Translations under genes and position numbers: made by a program
In this document: piece by piece, positions 39,866 to 49,120 of the stretch
Layout: each line of letters begins with the position of its first letter
How positions within the stretch are numbered: the stretch's first letter is position 1
Sequence record: SRR22947725_670
Reading direction: 5' to 3' (one strand)
Length of the DNA stretch: 49,120 nucleotides
The notes under the pieces: model-generated
What the model was told of the DNA's origin: nothing
Seen by the model: only the letters and a program-made list of their open reading frames with translations
Databases searched by the model: none

Positions 39866-39898
39866 GTTAACCCCCGCATCACCCCGCGTTAACGTTGG
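39866..39898 (+). promoter_or_regulatory. PHO-box-like array of three 11-nt direct repeat units
   Basis: GTTAACCCCCG / CATCACCCCGC / GTTAACGTTGG in exact 11-nt phase between senX3 and phoU; resembles the Streptomyces PhoP GTTCACC unit. Confidence 0.6.
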
Positions 39899-39943
39899 TG
39901 CGAGAGAGTCGCATGAAGGGGTTTGAGGTCAACAAGGAGCAAC

Positions 39944-40597
39944 ATGCGCGAGCTTTTTCAACAAGAACTGCACGAAGTCCAGGATCGGCTCGTCGCCATC
40001 GCCGGTCTCGTGGTCACTTCTATCACGGACGCGGTCGAAGCCTTCAACAAATCTGATGTCACGCTGGCCGAATCGGTCATTGCCCGGGACAGCATCATCG
40101 ATGAGGCGGTCAACGAGCTAGACGAGCACGCCATCGCTATTCTTGCAAGGCAATCGCCAGTCGCGAGAGATCTTCGCATCGTGGTCAGCGCCTTACGCAT
40201 CAGCTCGTCGCTGGAGCGGATGGGTGACATGTCGGAGCACCTCGCCCAGCTTGCGCGGTACCGGTTCCCCGACAAAGTGGTGCCCAAGTCCATTCGACCC
40301 ACCTTCCAAGAGATGGGTTCACTCGATGTCCAGTTGGCGACAATGCTGGTGGAGCTGCTGAAAACTCAAGACACCGCGCTGGCCGAGAAAATCCGCGACG
40401 AGGACGACAAGGTCGACAAGTTGCACCTATCCGTCTTCGAAACCGTGTTGAGCGAAGGATGGGTTCAGGGGGCTGAAACTACTGTCGACGCCACACTCGC
40501 ATCACGTTATCTCGAGCGGTTCGCCGACCACGCTGTCTCCATCGCGAAGAAGATGATGTATCTCTCGTCGGGAGAATGGAACCCGAGCGAGTCCTAG
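39944..40597 (+). CDS. phoU: Phosphate signalling protein PhoU
   Basis: [42 protein letters not shown] before ATG 39944. Confidence 0.95.
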   Translation: MRELFQQELHEVQDRLVAIAGLVVTSITDAVEAFNKSDVTLAESVIARDSIIDEAVNELDEHAIAILARQSPVARDLRIVVSALRISSSLERMGDMSEHLAQLARYRFPDKVVPKSIRPTFQEMGSLDVQLATMLVELLKTQDTALAEKIRDEDDKVDKLHLSVFETVLSEGWVQGAETTVDATLASRYLERFADHAVSIAKKMMYLSSGEWNPSES

Positions 40598-41343
40598 CCT
40601 TTTTTTGCTCCCTGTTTGGCGACAGAAGCAGCACCAGCGGCCGCCGCTGTGGGGTCAAGATATTTTCCAGGGCCCTTGACCTTCATGCCCTTTGTGAATT
40701 CATAGACCAAAGGCATGCCCGTGGGAATGTTGAGCTCTGCGATGTCGTCATCGCCAATTCCCTCTAAGTGCTTCACCAAGCCACGAAGGCTGTTCCCGTG
40801 CGCGACTACCAGTGTCACTTTGCCGACGGCAACATCAGGAAAAATGTCAGAATTCCAATAGGGAAGCATTCGGTTAATCACCATTTTTAGCGATTCGGTC
40901 TTCGGCACAAACCCCTCCACGTCGGCATAACGCGGATCCCCCTGCTGCGCATAGGTATTGGTGGGGTCAATAGGCGGTGGTGGAACATCAAAGCTTCGCC
41001 GCCAGAGTTGAAACTGTTCTTCGCCAAACTCGGCAAGCGTTTCCGCTTTGTCCTTTCCCTGCAGCGCGCCGTAGTGACGCTCGTTCAAGCGCCAGGTGCG
41101 GTGAACGGGAATCCAAAGACGGTCGGCCGTTTCCAGAGCGCGATTAGCGGTCTGGATGGCCCTCGACAGCAAGGAAGTGTGAACAACATCCGGGAGCAAA
41201 CCGTGCTCTTGCATCAAAGTGCCGGCTCGGGATGCTTCCTCCTGGCCTTGAGCGGTGAGGCGAACGTCCACCCAACCGGTGAACAGGTTCTTTTCGTTCC
41301 ATTCAGATTGACCATGCCGCAGAAGAATCAGTGTGTGTGCCAT
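40594..41343 (-). CDS. gpmA: 2,3-BPG-dependent phosphoglycerate mutase
   Basis: [36 protein letters not shown]. Confidence 0.96.
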   Translation of the reverse strand: MAHTLILLRHGQSEWNEKNLFTGWVDVRLTAQGQEEASRAGTLMQEHGLLPDVVHTSLLSRAIQTANRALETADRLWIPVHRTWRLNERHYGALQGKDKAETLAEFGEEQFQLWRRSFDVPPPPIDPTNTYAQQGDPRYADVEGFVPKTESLKMVINRMLPYWNSDIFPDVAVGKVTLVVAHGNSLRGLVKHLEGIGDDDIAELNIPTGMPLVYEFTKGMKVKGPGKYLDPTAAAAGAASVAKQGAKKG

Positions 41344-41366
41344 GCCTCCAGCTTATCCAGCGACTC

Positions 41367-42386
41367 CTAGCCCAGGCGTTGCCGGGGCATCGCTCGTCCG
41401 GCATCTTCCGGGACCAACACTTCTTGAGCGGCAGCAATCGTGCCCTCTTTCGTCACCACGCTCACGTCTGCCGCAGATGCTTTTCGCTTGAGCAGTGCCA
41501 GAGCGATAGGTCCCAGTTCGTAATGCCATGCTGCCCGGGTGATATGTCCGACGTTCACACCCTCGCTTTCCACCACGTCGCCTGGATCGGGCAGGAGCGA
41601 GGGGGTGCCATCGAGATGCAGAAGAGTGAGGCGCCGAGGTGGGTGTCCCAAGTTATGGACTTTTGCCACCGATTCTTGTCCGCGATAGCACCCCTTATTC
41701 AAATGCACTGCGGTGCGCAGCCAATCCAATTCGTGGGGAAGGGATTTCTCATCCACTTCTGTGGCGGAGGGCCTGGCGGCTGCAATCGATAAGCCCTCCC
41801 ACGCTTGATCGCTGATGGGTGCTTGGTCCTCGAGTAAGCCGGAGGAGTCGCTTCCCCACAGAACGTAGGTCATGTCCCAGCCAGACCCGGGGTGGTCCCC
41901 CTGGTGGTACCCCACGGATCCATCGCCCACCTGTGGCCAGGGGTCTCTGAAGGTGATGGGAAAGTGCGCTTCTGAAGCAACCGTCTGGGTTCCCCAGAGT
42001 CCTGCAATCACGAGATCTTCGGGGGTGTCAATGACGACGTCCATTCGAAACTTCATCGACTGCAGCCAAGCGGCTGCGGCATCGCGGTGTCCAGGCTCTG
42101 TCAACAGCCACGACACCGTGCCATCGTCAGTGACGAGGAAGGAGTGTTCTATCTTCCCCTGGGGGCTGAGGATGAGTGATTCGGTTGTGATTCCTGGCCG
42201 AAGGCCCAGAAGGTCTTGACTGGTCAAAGAGTGCAGCCAGGTCAGACGATCTGGTCCCGCGACAGTAACGATGCCGCGCGCACTGGCATCCCACCAGGTT
42301 TTCCCTTGGAGAAAAGCCCTTTGCGCAGCAAATACATCTCCCCCGCGGGGCTTATCGGGTGTGTGCTCGTGGGGAGCGGGAGCCAC
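41367..42386 (-). CDS. ygfZ: Folate-binding protein YgfZ/GcvT family
   Basis: GPDRLTWLHSLTSQ, KGCYRGQE. Start placed at GTG 42386 (uncertain). Confidence 0.88.
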   Translation of the reverse strand: MAPAPHEHTPDKPRGGDVFAAQRAFLQGKTWWDASARGIVTVAGPDRLTWLHSLTSQDLLGLRPGITTESLILSPQGKIEHSFLVTDDGTVSWLLTEPGHRDAAAAWLQSMKFRMDVVIDTPEDLVIAGLWGTQTVASEAHFPITFRDPWPQVGDGSVGYHQGDHPGSGWDMTYVLWGSDSSGLLEDQAPISDQAWEGLSIAAARPSATEVDEKSLPHELDWLRTAVHLNKGCYRGQESVAKVHNLGHPPRRLTLLHLDGTPSLLPDPGDVVESEGVNVGHITRAAWHYELGPIALALLKRKASAADVSVVTKEGTIAAAQEVLVPEDAGRAMPRQRLG

Positions 42387-42390
42387 GTCT

Positions 42391-42501
42391 CTAGCGCTGG
42401 CCCTTGTAGAGATTGAGCAAAACAATCCCCGACAACCACGCGATTGCTACTCCTGCAAGCACGAGGAGGCCGAGGAAGAAGATTTCAATGGCAAGGAGCA
42501 T
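42391..42501 (-). CDS. Small single-TM protein (36 aa), below the ORF-track cutoff
   Basis: MLLAIEIFFLGLLVLAGVAIAWLSGIVLLNLYKGQR*; fills the gap between two co-oriented genes with 4-nt spacers on each side. Confidence 0.72.
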   Translation of the reverse strand: MLLAIEIFFLGLLVLAGVAIAWLSGIVLLNLYKGQR

Positions 42502-42505
42502 GCCC

Positions 42506-42772
42506 CTATTGTATCTGAGCGAGAACCTGGAAAACGATGGCAAACGCTGCCGTGATCACCACGTTGCCCGTCAACGCCAGCGACAACCGGGAAACCAGAC
42601 CCTCGGCGCGATAAAAGGCAATCTGTAGGACAAAGGCCACCACAATCGCCGCAGCCAACACCGCCACCAGCCCTTGAAACAACGACCCCTCTGGCGCGAA
42701 AACAGCAACCGCCAACGCCCCGGCGAGCATGACGATCCACGCAGGAAGAACGTTGGTGAGGATGGGTGCCAT
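42506..42772 (-). CDS. Small membrane protein (three TM helices)
   Basis: 88-aa hydrophobic ORF; TAGCAT 6 nt before the ATG. Confidence 0.75.
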   Translation of the reverse strand: MAPILTNVLPAWIVMLAGALAVAVFAPEGSLFQGLVAVLAAAIVVAFVLQIAFYRAEGLVSRLSLALTGNVVITAAFAIVFQVLAQIQ

Positions 42773-42836
42773 ACCCCCATGCTAGAGCCCGGTTAGAATG
42801 GGGTCACTGCACAAGCAAGAATCGAGGTGAGCCGTT

Positions 42837-43556
42837 ATGGCAAGCATTCTCGCGCTCAGTTCCGAGGAAGCCTCTGTAGTGCTCCCTGCTCTCAACCTTC
42901 TCAGTCACCGTGTTCGCACCATTCCCGCCCAACCCGCTTCGCTGGTGAGCGCACCGGAATCTGACGTTGTGCTGGTTGATGCCCGGAACGATCTCTCTGC
43001 CGCAAAAGCGCTGTGTCGAATACTCACCACCACCGGTCTTTCCGCAGCCCTCCTTGTCGTGGTCAGCGAGTCGGGAATGCCGGCACTGAATGCGGAGTGG
43101 GGTTTTGACGATGTCGTCCTCGCCACTGCTGGGCCGGGGGAAGTAGACGCGAGAATTCGGTTGCTCACCACCAAGGGGACCGCGGCAGCGGGTGACAGCA
43201 TGATTTCAGCCAGCGGGGTCACCATTGATGAAGTCAGCTACCAGGCGAAAGCAAACGGTCGAGCACTCGATCTGACCTATAAAGAGTTTGAGTTATTGAG
43301 GTTTTTGGCAGGCCACCCGCAACGGGTGTTCACCAGGGAACAGTTGCTCAGTGAAGTGTGGGGGTATGACTACTTTGGTGGCACAAGAACGGTGGATGTT
43401 CACGTCCGTCGTCTACGCGCGAAGCTTGGTGAGATGGAGTCCCTCATCGGAACGGTCAGAAACGTCGGCTACCGATTCACCATTGCCGAAGCCTCGGAAG
43501 AAGTAAAGAACATGAACCAGCCCTCGCCCACCAGCCAGCACCCCACTGGCCTCTAG
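42837..43556 (+). CDS. glnR: GlnR-type orphan response regulator
   Basis: Atypical receiver domain plus [11 protein letters not shown]...[25 protein letters not shown]; synteny with ygfZ and ppk1. Confidence 0.8.
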   Translation: MASILALSSEEASVVLPALNLLSHRVRTIPAQPASLVSAPESDVVLVDARNDLSAAKALCRILTTTGLSAALLVVVSESGMPALNAEWGFDDVVLATAGPGEVDARIRLLTTKGTAAAGDSMISASGVTIDEVSYQAKANGRALDLTYKEFELLRFLAGHPQRVFTREQLLSEVWGYDYFGGTRTVDVHVRRLRAKLGEMESLIGTVRNVGYRFTIAEASEEVKNMNQPSPTSQHPTGL

Positions 43557-43603
43557 CGACGGTTTCTTCATTCTTTCGCCATCGCTGCGGCGGAGGTGAC
43601 ACA

Positions 43604-45796
43604 ATGACGCCCATGGATGAGATTCGCCCCGAGTATGACGTCGCCGCGGGGGTAGGCGGCGACTTCGCCGAGGATTTCGATGAAATCACACCGCCGCACT
43701 CCGACGATCTCCCCCATGACCGTTTTCTCGATCGCGAACTGAGTTGGCTGGCTTTCAACCAACGAGTGCTCGAACTCGCCGAAGACGTGGAAGTTCCCCT
43801 GCTGGAGCGAGTGAATTTCTTGGCGATTTTTGCCAGTAACCTCGACGAGTTCTTCATGGTGCGAGTGGCCGGTTTGAAACGCCGCATGGTCACCGGTATT
43901 GCTGTCCCCACCAACACGGGTCGATCTCCCCAGCAGGTTTTGGAAGATATTTCCCACACGGCTCACGCTTTGCAAGACCGCCACGCGCGAGCCTTCTCTG
44001 ACCTGGTGAAACCCGCTCTGGATGACGCGGATATCCATATCGAATCGTGGAGTGACCTCGGGGATGCCGACCGTGAGCGCCTGGATGAGCTCTTTAGCGA
44101 GCAAATCTATCCCGTGCTGATGCCCCTTGCCGTAGATCCCGCCCACCCTTTCCCCTACATCTCTGGTCTCTCGCTGAACCTCTCGGTTCGGATTCGAAAC
44201 CCCAAAACAGACACCGTCGAATTTGCCAGGCTCAAAGTCCCGCCCATTCTTTCGCGCTTTATTGCTCTGCCCGATGATGGGACCGGACGAGAGCGCTATA
44301 TCCCCATTGAGGACCTGATTTCCAACCATGTTCAAGAGCTGTTCCCCGGAATGGAAGTCCTCGAGCACCACGAATTCCGTGTGACCCGAAATGAAGACGT
44401 GGAAGTGGATGAGGATGAGAGTGAAAACCTCATCCAAGCGCTCGAGCGAGAACTGCTCCGGCGAAGGTTTGGTCCCCCCATCAGGCTCGAAATAACCGAT
44501 GACATGGACGATGTCACGCTGGAGCTACTCATCGGTGAATTGGGAATAACCAAGCAGGAGGTTTATCGACTACCCGCGCCCTTGGGTCTCACTGGGCTTT
44601 TCGAAATTGCTGCTATCGAGCGGCCCTCGCTGAAATACCCACCCCACCTTCCTGTTACCTCAACCCAATTACTCCCCTCCGAGCCCACGGAAGAACCCGA
44701 TATTTTCCGCTCCATTCGTGCGGGGGACATATTGGTTCACCACCCCTACGAATCTTTTGCGACCAGTGTTCAAGCCTTCTTTGAGCAGGCGGCCCACGAC
44801 CCGAACGTGCTGGCCATCAAACAGACCCTGTATCGAACCAGCGGGGATAGCCCGATTATTGGTGCACTCATCCGGGCTGCCGAAGCCGGGAAAGCCGTTC
44901 TTGCACTGGTGGAAGTCAAAGCTCGCTTTGATGAACAGGCCAACATTTCCTGGGCCAGGAAGCTCGAAAAAGCCGGAGTTCACGTGGTCTATGGGCTTGT
45001 GGGGCTCAAAACCCATTGCAAGTTGACGCTCATTATCCGCCAAGAGGCAGACGGAACCCTTGGACATTACTCTCACGTGGGGACAGGAAACTACAACCCC
45101 AAGACCAGCCGGGTGTATGAAGACTATGGGCTCTTCACCGCAGACAAGCAGGTGGGGAAAGAATTGACCCGACTCTTCAATGAACTGTCTGGTTATGCGC
45201 TGGAGAAAAAATACAAACGACTTCTTGTCGCTCCGCGATACCTTCGAAAAGGCTTGCTCAACCTCATCAAAACGGAGATCAAAAACCACGAAGCGGGCAA
45301 GCCTGCCCGGATTCGTGTGAAGCTCAATTCCCTGGTGGACGAAATCATCATTGATGCTCTCTACCGGGCCAGCATGGCCGGTGTGCCCGTCGAGATTTGG
45401 GTCAGGGGAATCTGCACTCTTATTCCCGGTGTTGCCGGATTGAGCGAAACGATTAAGGTCACAAGCGTCCTGGGGCGCTATTTAGAGCACTCAAGAATTT
45501 TTTGGTTCGACAATGCCGGGTCACCCGCTGTCTATATCGGCAGTGCCGACATGATGCACCGCAACCTGGACCGCCGAATCGAGGTTTTGGTGCAGATCAC
45601 GGACCCCCACCATATTTCGCAATTAGAATCCCAACTCGACCGGGGCGTGAGCAACGAGAGGCAATCCTGGTCGCTACGCCTTGACGGTTCGTGGACAAGA
45701 CACTTCCGTGATGATTCGGGTGAGCTACTGGGGGATGTTCAAAATGACACGATGCAGGACATCTCTGCCCGCAAAAGAGGCGGCATAGTCGCGTGA
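43604..45796 (+). CDS. ppk1: Polyphosphate kinase 1
   Basis: [72 protein letters not shown]. Confidence 0.97.
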   Translation: MTPMDEIRPEYDVAAGVGGDFAEDFDEITPPHSDDLPHDRFLDRELSWLAFNQRVLELAEDVEVPLLERVNFLAIFASNLDEFFMVRVAGLKRRMVTGIAVPTNTGRSPQQVLEDISHTAHALQDRHARAFSDLVKPALDDADIHIESWSDLGDADRERLDELFSEQIYPVLMPLAVDPAHPFPYISGLSLNLSVRIRNPKTDTVEFARLKVPPILSRFIALPDDGTGRERYIPIEDLISNHVQELFPGMEVLEHHEFRVTRNEDVEVDEDESENLIQALERELLRRRFGPPIRLEITDDMDDVTLELLIGELGITKQEVYRLPAPLGLTGLFEIAAIERPSLKYPPHLPVTSTQLLPSEPTEEPDIFRSIRAGDILVHHPYESFATSVQAFFEQAAHDPNVLAIKQTLYRTSGDSPIIGALIRAAEAGKAVLALVEVKARFDEQANISWARKLEKAGVHVVYGLVGLKTHCKLTLIIRQEADGTLGHYSHVGTGNYNPKTSRVYEDYGLFTADKQVGKELTRLFNELSGYALEKKYKRLLVAPRYLRKGLLNLIKTEIKNHEAGKPARIRVKLNSLVDEIIIDALYRASMAGVPVEIWVRGICTLIPGVAGLSETIKVTSVLGRYLEHSRIFWFDNAGSPAVYIGSADMMHRNLDRRIEVLVQITDPHHISQLESQLDRGVSNERQSWSLRLDGSWTRHFRDDSGELLGDVQNDTMQDISARKRGGIVA

Positions 45797-46746
45797 GCTC
45801 CTCCTCAAACACCGTATTTGCCGGTGGCGCTGTCTGTTGGAAAGTGGTCGATGGCGAAGTCCGCATCCTCCTTGTCCATCGAACCCAACACAAAGATGTC
45901 TCGTTGCCCAAAGGCAAAGTAGACCCAGGGGAAACTCTGCCCGAAACCGCGCAACGGGAAATTCTGGAAGAAACAGGTCTCCACATCATCCTGGGCCCTT
46001 ACCTCGGTCGCGTGGACTATTCGCTTCCTGGCGGCAAGCCCAAAGAGGTCCACTACTGGGCTGCTGAAGTTGACCCTGGTGAAGCGGAGCGCTCACCCTT
46101 TGAGTCCAACAACGAAATCTTTGCCCTGGAGTGGCTGAGCATTAAGAAGGCTCGCAAAGCCCTCACCTACGAACACGACGTGGATATTGTCGAAAACTTC
46201 GAGGCACTGTTTGAGAGTGGACGGGCGAGGACTTTCCCACTGATTCTTGTTCGACATGGGAAAGCGATGCCACCAGAAAATTGGGATGGTCCCGATTCGA
46301 CCAGGCCACTTCTCCATAAAGGTCTCCTCCAAGCCCGGAATATCGCAGGCGGTATAAGAGCGTTTGGTCCCGAAGCCATCCTCAGCAGTCCTGCAGCGCG
46401 CTGCCTAGCAACCATGGGTCCTCTGGAAGAAGCTGCCTCGCTCTCACTCAAAACCTCACAAGGTCTCGCCCAAGACAACTTCGAGTCTTCGGGGGACAAA
46501 GTGCACTCCATCATCGAGAAACGGATGGGGAAAAGAGTGGGCACGGTGGTGTGCTCCCATGGACCCGTCTTGCCCCAGCTTGTTTCTGCTGCCGCCGAGG
46601 TGGGCCATGGTGGAGGCGGAGCTCACTGGTATGACCTAGCAAACCTGGCAACGGGAAGCTTCAGTGTGATTCATTTTTCTTTAGACACTGCGTCGCCACA
46701 GATTGTTGCCGTCGAGACACACGAAGCTCCCGCGGGGAAAAACTAG
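45793..46746 (+). CDS. mutT1: NUDIX hydrolase with histidine-phosphatase domain (MutT1 type)
   Basis: PKGKVDPGE...REILEETG Nudix box, then LVRHGKA, SSPAARC, CSHG. Confidence 0.85.
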   Translation: MSSSSNTVFAGGAVCWKVVDGEVRILLVHRTQHKDVSLPKGKVDPGETLPETAQREILEETGLHIILGPYLGRVDYSLPGGKPKEVHYWAAEVDPGEAERSPFESNNEIFALEWLSIKKARKALTYEHDVDIVENFEALFESGRARTFPLILVRHGKAMPPENWDGPDSTRPLLHKGLLQARNIAGGIRAFGPEAILSSPAARCLATMGPLEEAASLSLKTSQGLAQDNFESSGDKVHSIIEKRMGKRVGTVVCSHGPVLPQLVSAAAEVGHGGGGAHWYDLANLATGSFSVIHFSLDTASPQIVAVETHEAPAGKN

Positions 46747-46749
46747 GGA

Positions 46750-46827
46750 GCCGGACCGCAGAACGCCTCTCGGCGCGTGGCCGCTCGAAGCGGCTAATGT
46801 TGGAGCCCGGGGTTACTGCGATCCGGC
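46750..46827 (-). ncRNA. Candidate structured non-coding RNA (unassigned)
   Basis: On the minus strand a 12-bp closing stem (GCCGGAUCGCAG/CUGCGGUCCGGC, one G-U pair) encloses the hairpins GCCGCU-UCG-AGCGGC and CGCC-GAGA-GGCG. Confidence 0.55.
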
Positions 46828-46860
46828 CTCAACAGTGTATTCCTCGGCGCTGTGAGCCCC

Positions 46861-47496
46861 TTAGAGCAAGAGCCCTTCGGCCGCTTTTTTAGCACTCAGC
46901 GCCAGCTCATCGGAAATAATGCTCCACCGCAACGCCTGCCGCGAGAGCTGATAATCATTGATTTCACTTTCTGGCGGAAGCGAAATTACCCCCGCAGAAA
47001 CAGACTTCGCCACCGCCGACGCGCGTTCCAAAGCCAGCGCAAACTCTCCGCAAAACGCACCCCGCAAAATATCGTCAAGAATCACCAGGAACGCTTCTGG
47101 GGTGAGCGGACTAGGCGCTCCCACAACGACAGCATCAATCCCTCCCAGCCCTTCGAGGCCGCGGGAAAACACTTCACTGCCATCAGTGAGGTTGTGGGAG
47201 AGTGCCGCTTTGACAAGATAGAGACGCCAAAGCGCTCCGGGAAGGCTGACCGGGTGAGCTGTCGACCACAGCTCTGCCAACGTGTCCAAACCGTGTTCTT
47301 CGGCAAAGCTCACCAGCCGCTCCACTCGTTCTGCGTCTTCCTCTCCGGCGGAGCGAGAAATAAGAAGCTGTGCCGTTGCGTGAGCAATGGCGGACCGCTC
47401 AGCCGGGTCCATGACGATATCGGCTGGATCTGCGCCCGCTGAGCCTTCCAAGCGATCATGCCCCATGCGGACAGGGCGAGCAAAGGGTGATTCCAC
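46861..47496 (-). CDS. Conserved actinobacterial hypothetical protein
   Basis: 211 aa with GLDTLAELWS...SLPGALWRLY and DDILRGAFCGEFALALERASA; TAGCGT 6 nt before the GTG. Confidence 0.8.
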   Translation of the reverse strand: MESPFARPVRMGHDRLEGSAGADPADIVMDPAERSAIAHATAQLLISRSAGEEDAERVERLVSFAEEHGLDTLAELWSTAHPVSLPGALWRLYLVKAALSHNLTDGSEVFSRGLEGLGGIDAVVVGAPSPLTPEAFLVILDDILRGAFCGEFALALERASAVAKSVSAGVISLPPESEINDYQLSRQALRWSIISDELALSAKKAAEGLLL

Positions 47497-47545
47497 TCCT
47501 CCACGCTACGCCAGAACCATGAACATCTGCCCCTATCCTGTGGGG

Positions 47546-47893
47546 ATGACCCAGCAGAAAAAACACCAGTCCCGATTTGTCTTTTACCTCCTGCTCTCGA
47601 TCGCTGGCCTTGTGACCGCGTGGGTGTTCAATGGAATCGCCAGCGTGACAGGTGCCAACTACCTCCTAGCGTGGTTTGGAACGCCTGTTGACTGGGTGTT
47701 GTCCCTTGACTTGCTGATTGTCGCCATTGCTGGCTCAGCATTGATGATTTTCGAAGCAAAGAAACTCGGCATGAAGCGGGTGTGGGTCTACATCGCGCTC
47801 TCAGGCATTACTGCTTTCGCTTTCACTTTCCCGCTGTTCTTAGCTCTGCGGGAAAGGAAACTAGCAGCCGCTCTGCACCCTGAAGGCTCCTAG
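47546..47893 (+). CDS. DUF2834-like membrane protein
   Basis: Three TM helices, DLLIVA...EAKKLGMK, AFTFPLFLALRER; TATCCT 6 nt before ATG 47546. Confidence 0.75.
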   Translation: MTQQKKHQSRFVFYLLLSIAGLVTAWVFNGIASVTGANYLLAWFGTPVDWVLSLDLLIVAIAGSALMIFEAKKLGMKRVWVYIALSGITAFAFTFPLFLALRERKLAAALHPEGS

Positions 47894-48984
47894 AGGCTAC
47901 GGGTTTGCTCGGCGCCTACTGGCCCGAAGGAGAGTGTGCCGGGGGTCACCCCGCCAGCTATCGAACCAGCTCCCGGGGGAAGTAAGACGAAGGTTTTTCC
48001 GGTGCCCAAGTAAACAGGCGTCCCATCGGAGTGGGTGAGAACAATTGGGTCGCCAACCACTGTTGCATCGAACAAACCGGAGACAATTTTTCCACCGGTC
48101 GCGATGTAGGCGGATTCCATAGTGCCGGCAATTTGAGCAGAAGGCAACGCCTCGACATCAAAGTAGTTGGGGGTGAAAATCACAACGTTGGTGGCAGAAA
48201 TCTGAGTTCCATCAGCATCCACGTCGGGGCTACCGTTGGTCAGGAACTTCAAGTAGACCCCGGTTGCGGTGTCGTACTTCCAAATGGACTCGATCCCCTT
48301 ACTGAACACTGCGGTAATGGATTCAGCGTCTTCGCCCTCGAGGACAGCTGTTGATTCAGAGGTATCCGACACAAAATCGAACTGTTGGGCCGGGGAAGGC
48401 AAGTCGGCATAGGTGACTGCGAGCTCGGCTGACTTGATGTGGAGGTTCCAGGGGGCAGGCTTGCGATTGCTGCGGAAAAAGTAGGGGGCATCGGGCGTTC
48501 CACCGGAGGTGTCGTGCTCAACAAGCTTCAGGCCGCTACCGCGGATGATTTCTCGGACGTTGGAATTTCCCACCCCGGAAAACACGAAAATTCCGTCATA
48601 GGAGGGGACAATCCCCGCGTCTTGTGGACGACCCGATCGAACGGGCCCTACCTCGTCAGGGATGGTGGTGTGGAAGACGGCGAGGTAACGGGTGACGCCA
48701 CCTTCGACGAGCTCTTCATAAACGATGTCTGCCGAAGCAATACCCACCTGTGGGCGCCCAGAGCTTGTGTTATCAATCTTCACCGCGATACTCGGTCCGC
48801 TGACCACCGAGCTTCCCAACTCGACTCCAGTGAGCGGGTGCCGGGGCACATCGATGATGACCTCCTCTTCCACGACGATGACTGGCTCATCGAGGGGCTC
48901 AAGGATCGCTTCTGCTGCGCACCCTGAGAGAACAAGGGAGCTCAGGGCAAGGAGAGCAAAACCATTACGAAGTGAGGTGCGCAT
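47890..48984 (-). CDS. DUF3048 (YerB-like) lipoprotein
   Basis: Lipobox LSGC, HPLTG, VKIDN...RPQVG, ADIVYEELVEGGVTR, VGPVRSGR, APWNL. Confidence 0.85.
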   Translation of the reverse strand: MRTSLRNGFALLALSSLVLSGCAAEAILEPLDEPVIVVEEEVIIDVPRHPLTGVELGSSVVSGPSIAVKIDNTSSGRPQVGIASADIVYEELVEGGVTRYLAVFHTTIPDEVGPVRSGRPQDAGIVPSYDGIFVFSGVGNSNVREIIRGSGLKLVEHDTSGGTPDAPYFFRSNRKPAPWNLHIKSAELAVTYADLPSPAQQFDFVSDTSESTAVLEGEDAESITAVFSKGIESIWKYDTATGVYLKFLTNGSPDVDADGTQISATNVVIFTPNYFDVEALPSAQIAGTMESAYIATGGKIVSGLFDATVVGDPIVLTHSDGTPVYLGTGKTFVLLPPGAGSIAGGVTPGTLSFGPVGAEQTRSL

Positions 48985-49091
48985 AGGGGACCTTCTATAA
49001 AGAAATCGAGACACCAAACTCTATAACACCCAAACCATGCGGATTGCACTCTGAAAGTGAGACAGCTCACTGCCCGCTAGTATTTCCTGCG

Positions 49092-49120
49092 GGGCCTCTA
49101 GCTCAGTTGGTAGAGCAACG
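49092..49120 (+). tRNA. tRNA 5' half (truncated by the window edge; possibly tRNA-Lys)
   Basis: GGGCCTC-TA-GCTCAGTTGGTAGAGC gives an acceptor strand and D-arm; the anticodon is outside the window. Confidence 0.75.

Noticed and set aside
43568-44437. 289-aa minus-strand ORF
   Set aside because: Shadow frame of ppk1.
46750-46827. Reading as tRNA, SRP RNA, 6C RNA or a simple terminator
   Set aside because: No T-loop or anticodon arm, no SRP GGAA-loop motif, no paired C-rich loops, and it is multibranched without a U-tract.

Overview
GC-rich actinobacterial chromosome segment, most likely from a streamlined aquatic Microbacteriaceae (Pontimonas-like; inferred from gene content and order). Most of it is core housekeeping DNA: sdhCDAB, xth, trpS, ugd, glpK, an FMN riboswitch with ribD-ribE-ribBA-ribH, pncA-dacB-otsA, msiK, rlmB-cysS-ispDF-carD, senX3/regX3/phoU, gpmA, glnR, ppk1-mutT1, tRNA-Thr and a partial tRNA at the right edge. 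The stand-out element is a ~6.3 kb, visibly more AT-rich insert against the 3' end of tRNA-Thr (about 23107-29444). It encodes a complete five-gene methylphosphonate biosynthesis pathway: a phosphonyl cytidylyltransferase, methylphosphonate synthase (2-His-1-Gln triad plus the Phe/Ile residues that separate MPnS from HEP dioxygenase), a CTP-transferase-fused PEP mutase, phosphonopyruvate decarboxylase and phosphonoacetaldehyde reductase. This would make an actinobacterium a candidate producer of the precursor of aerobic methane. Other observations: an unannotated ~80-nt structured RNA at 46750-46827, two small membrane ORFs missed by the ORF track, a PHO-box-like repeat array, a msiK RNA motif, many apparently leaderless genes and two orphan glycosyltransferase-like genes. 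All homology calls are by eye and from memory; no searches were run.
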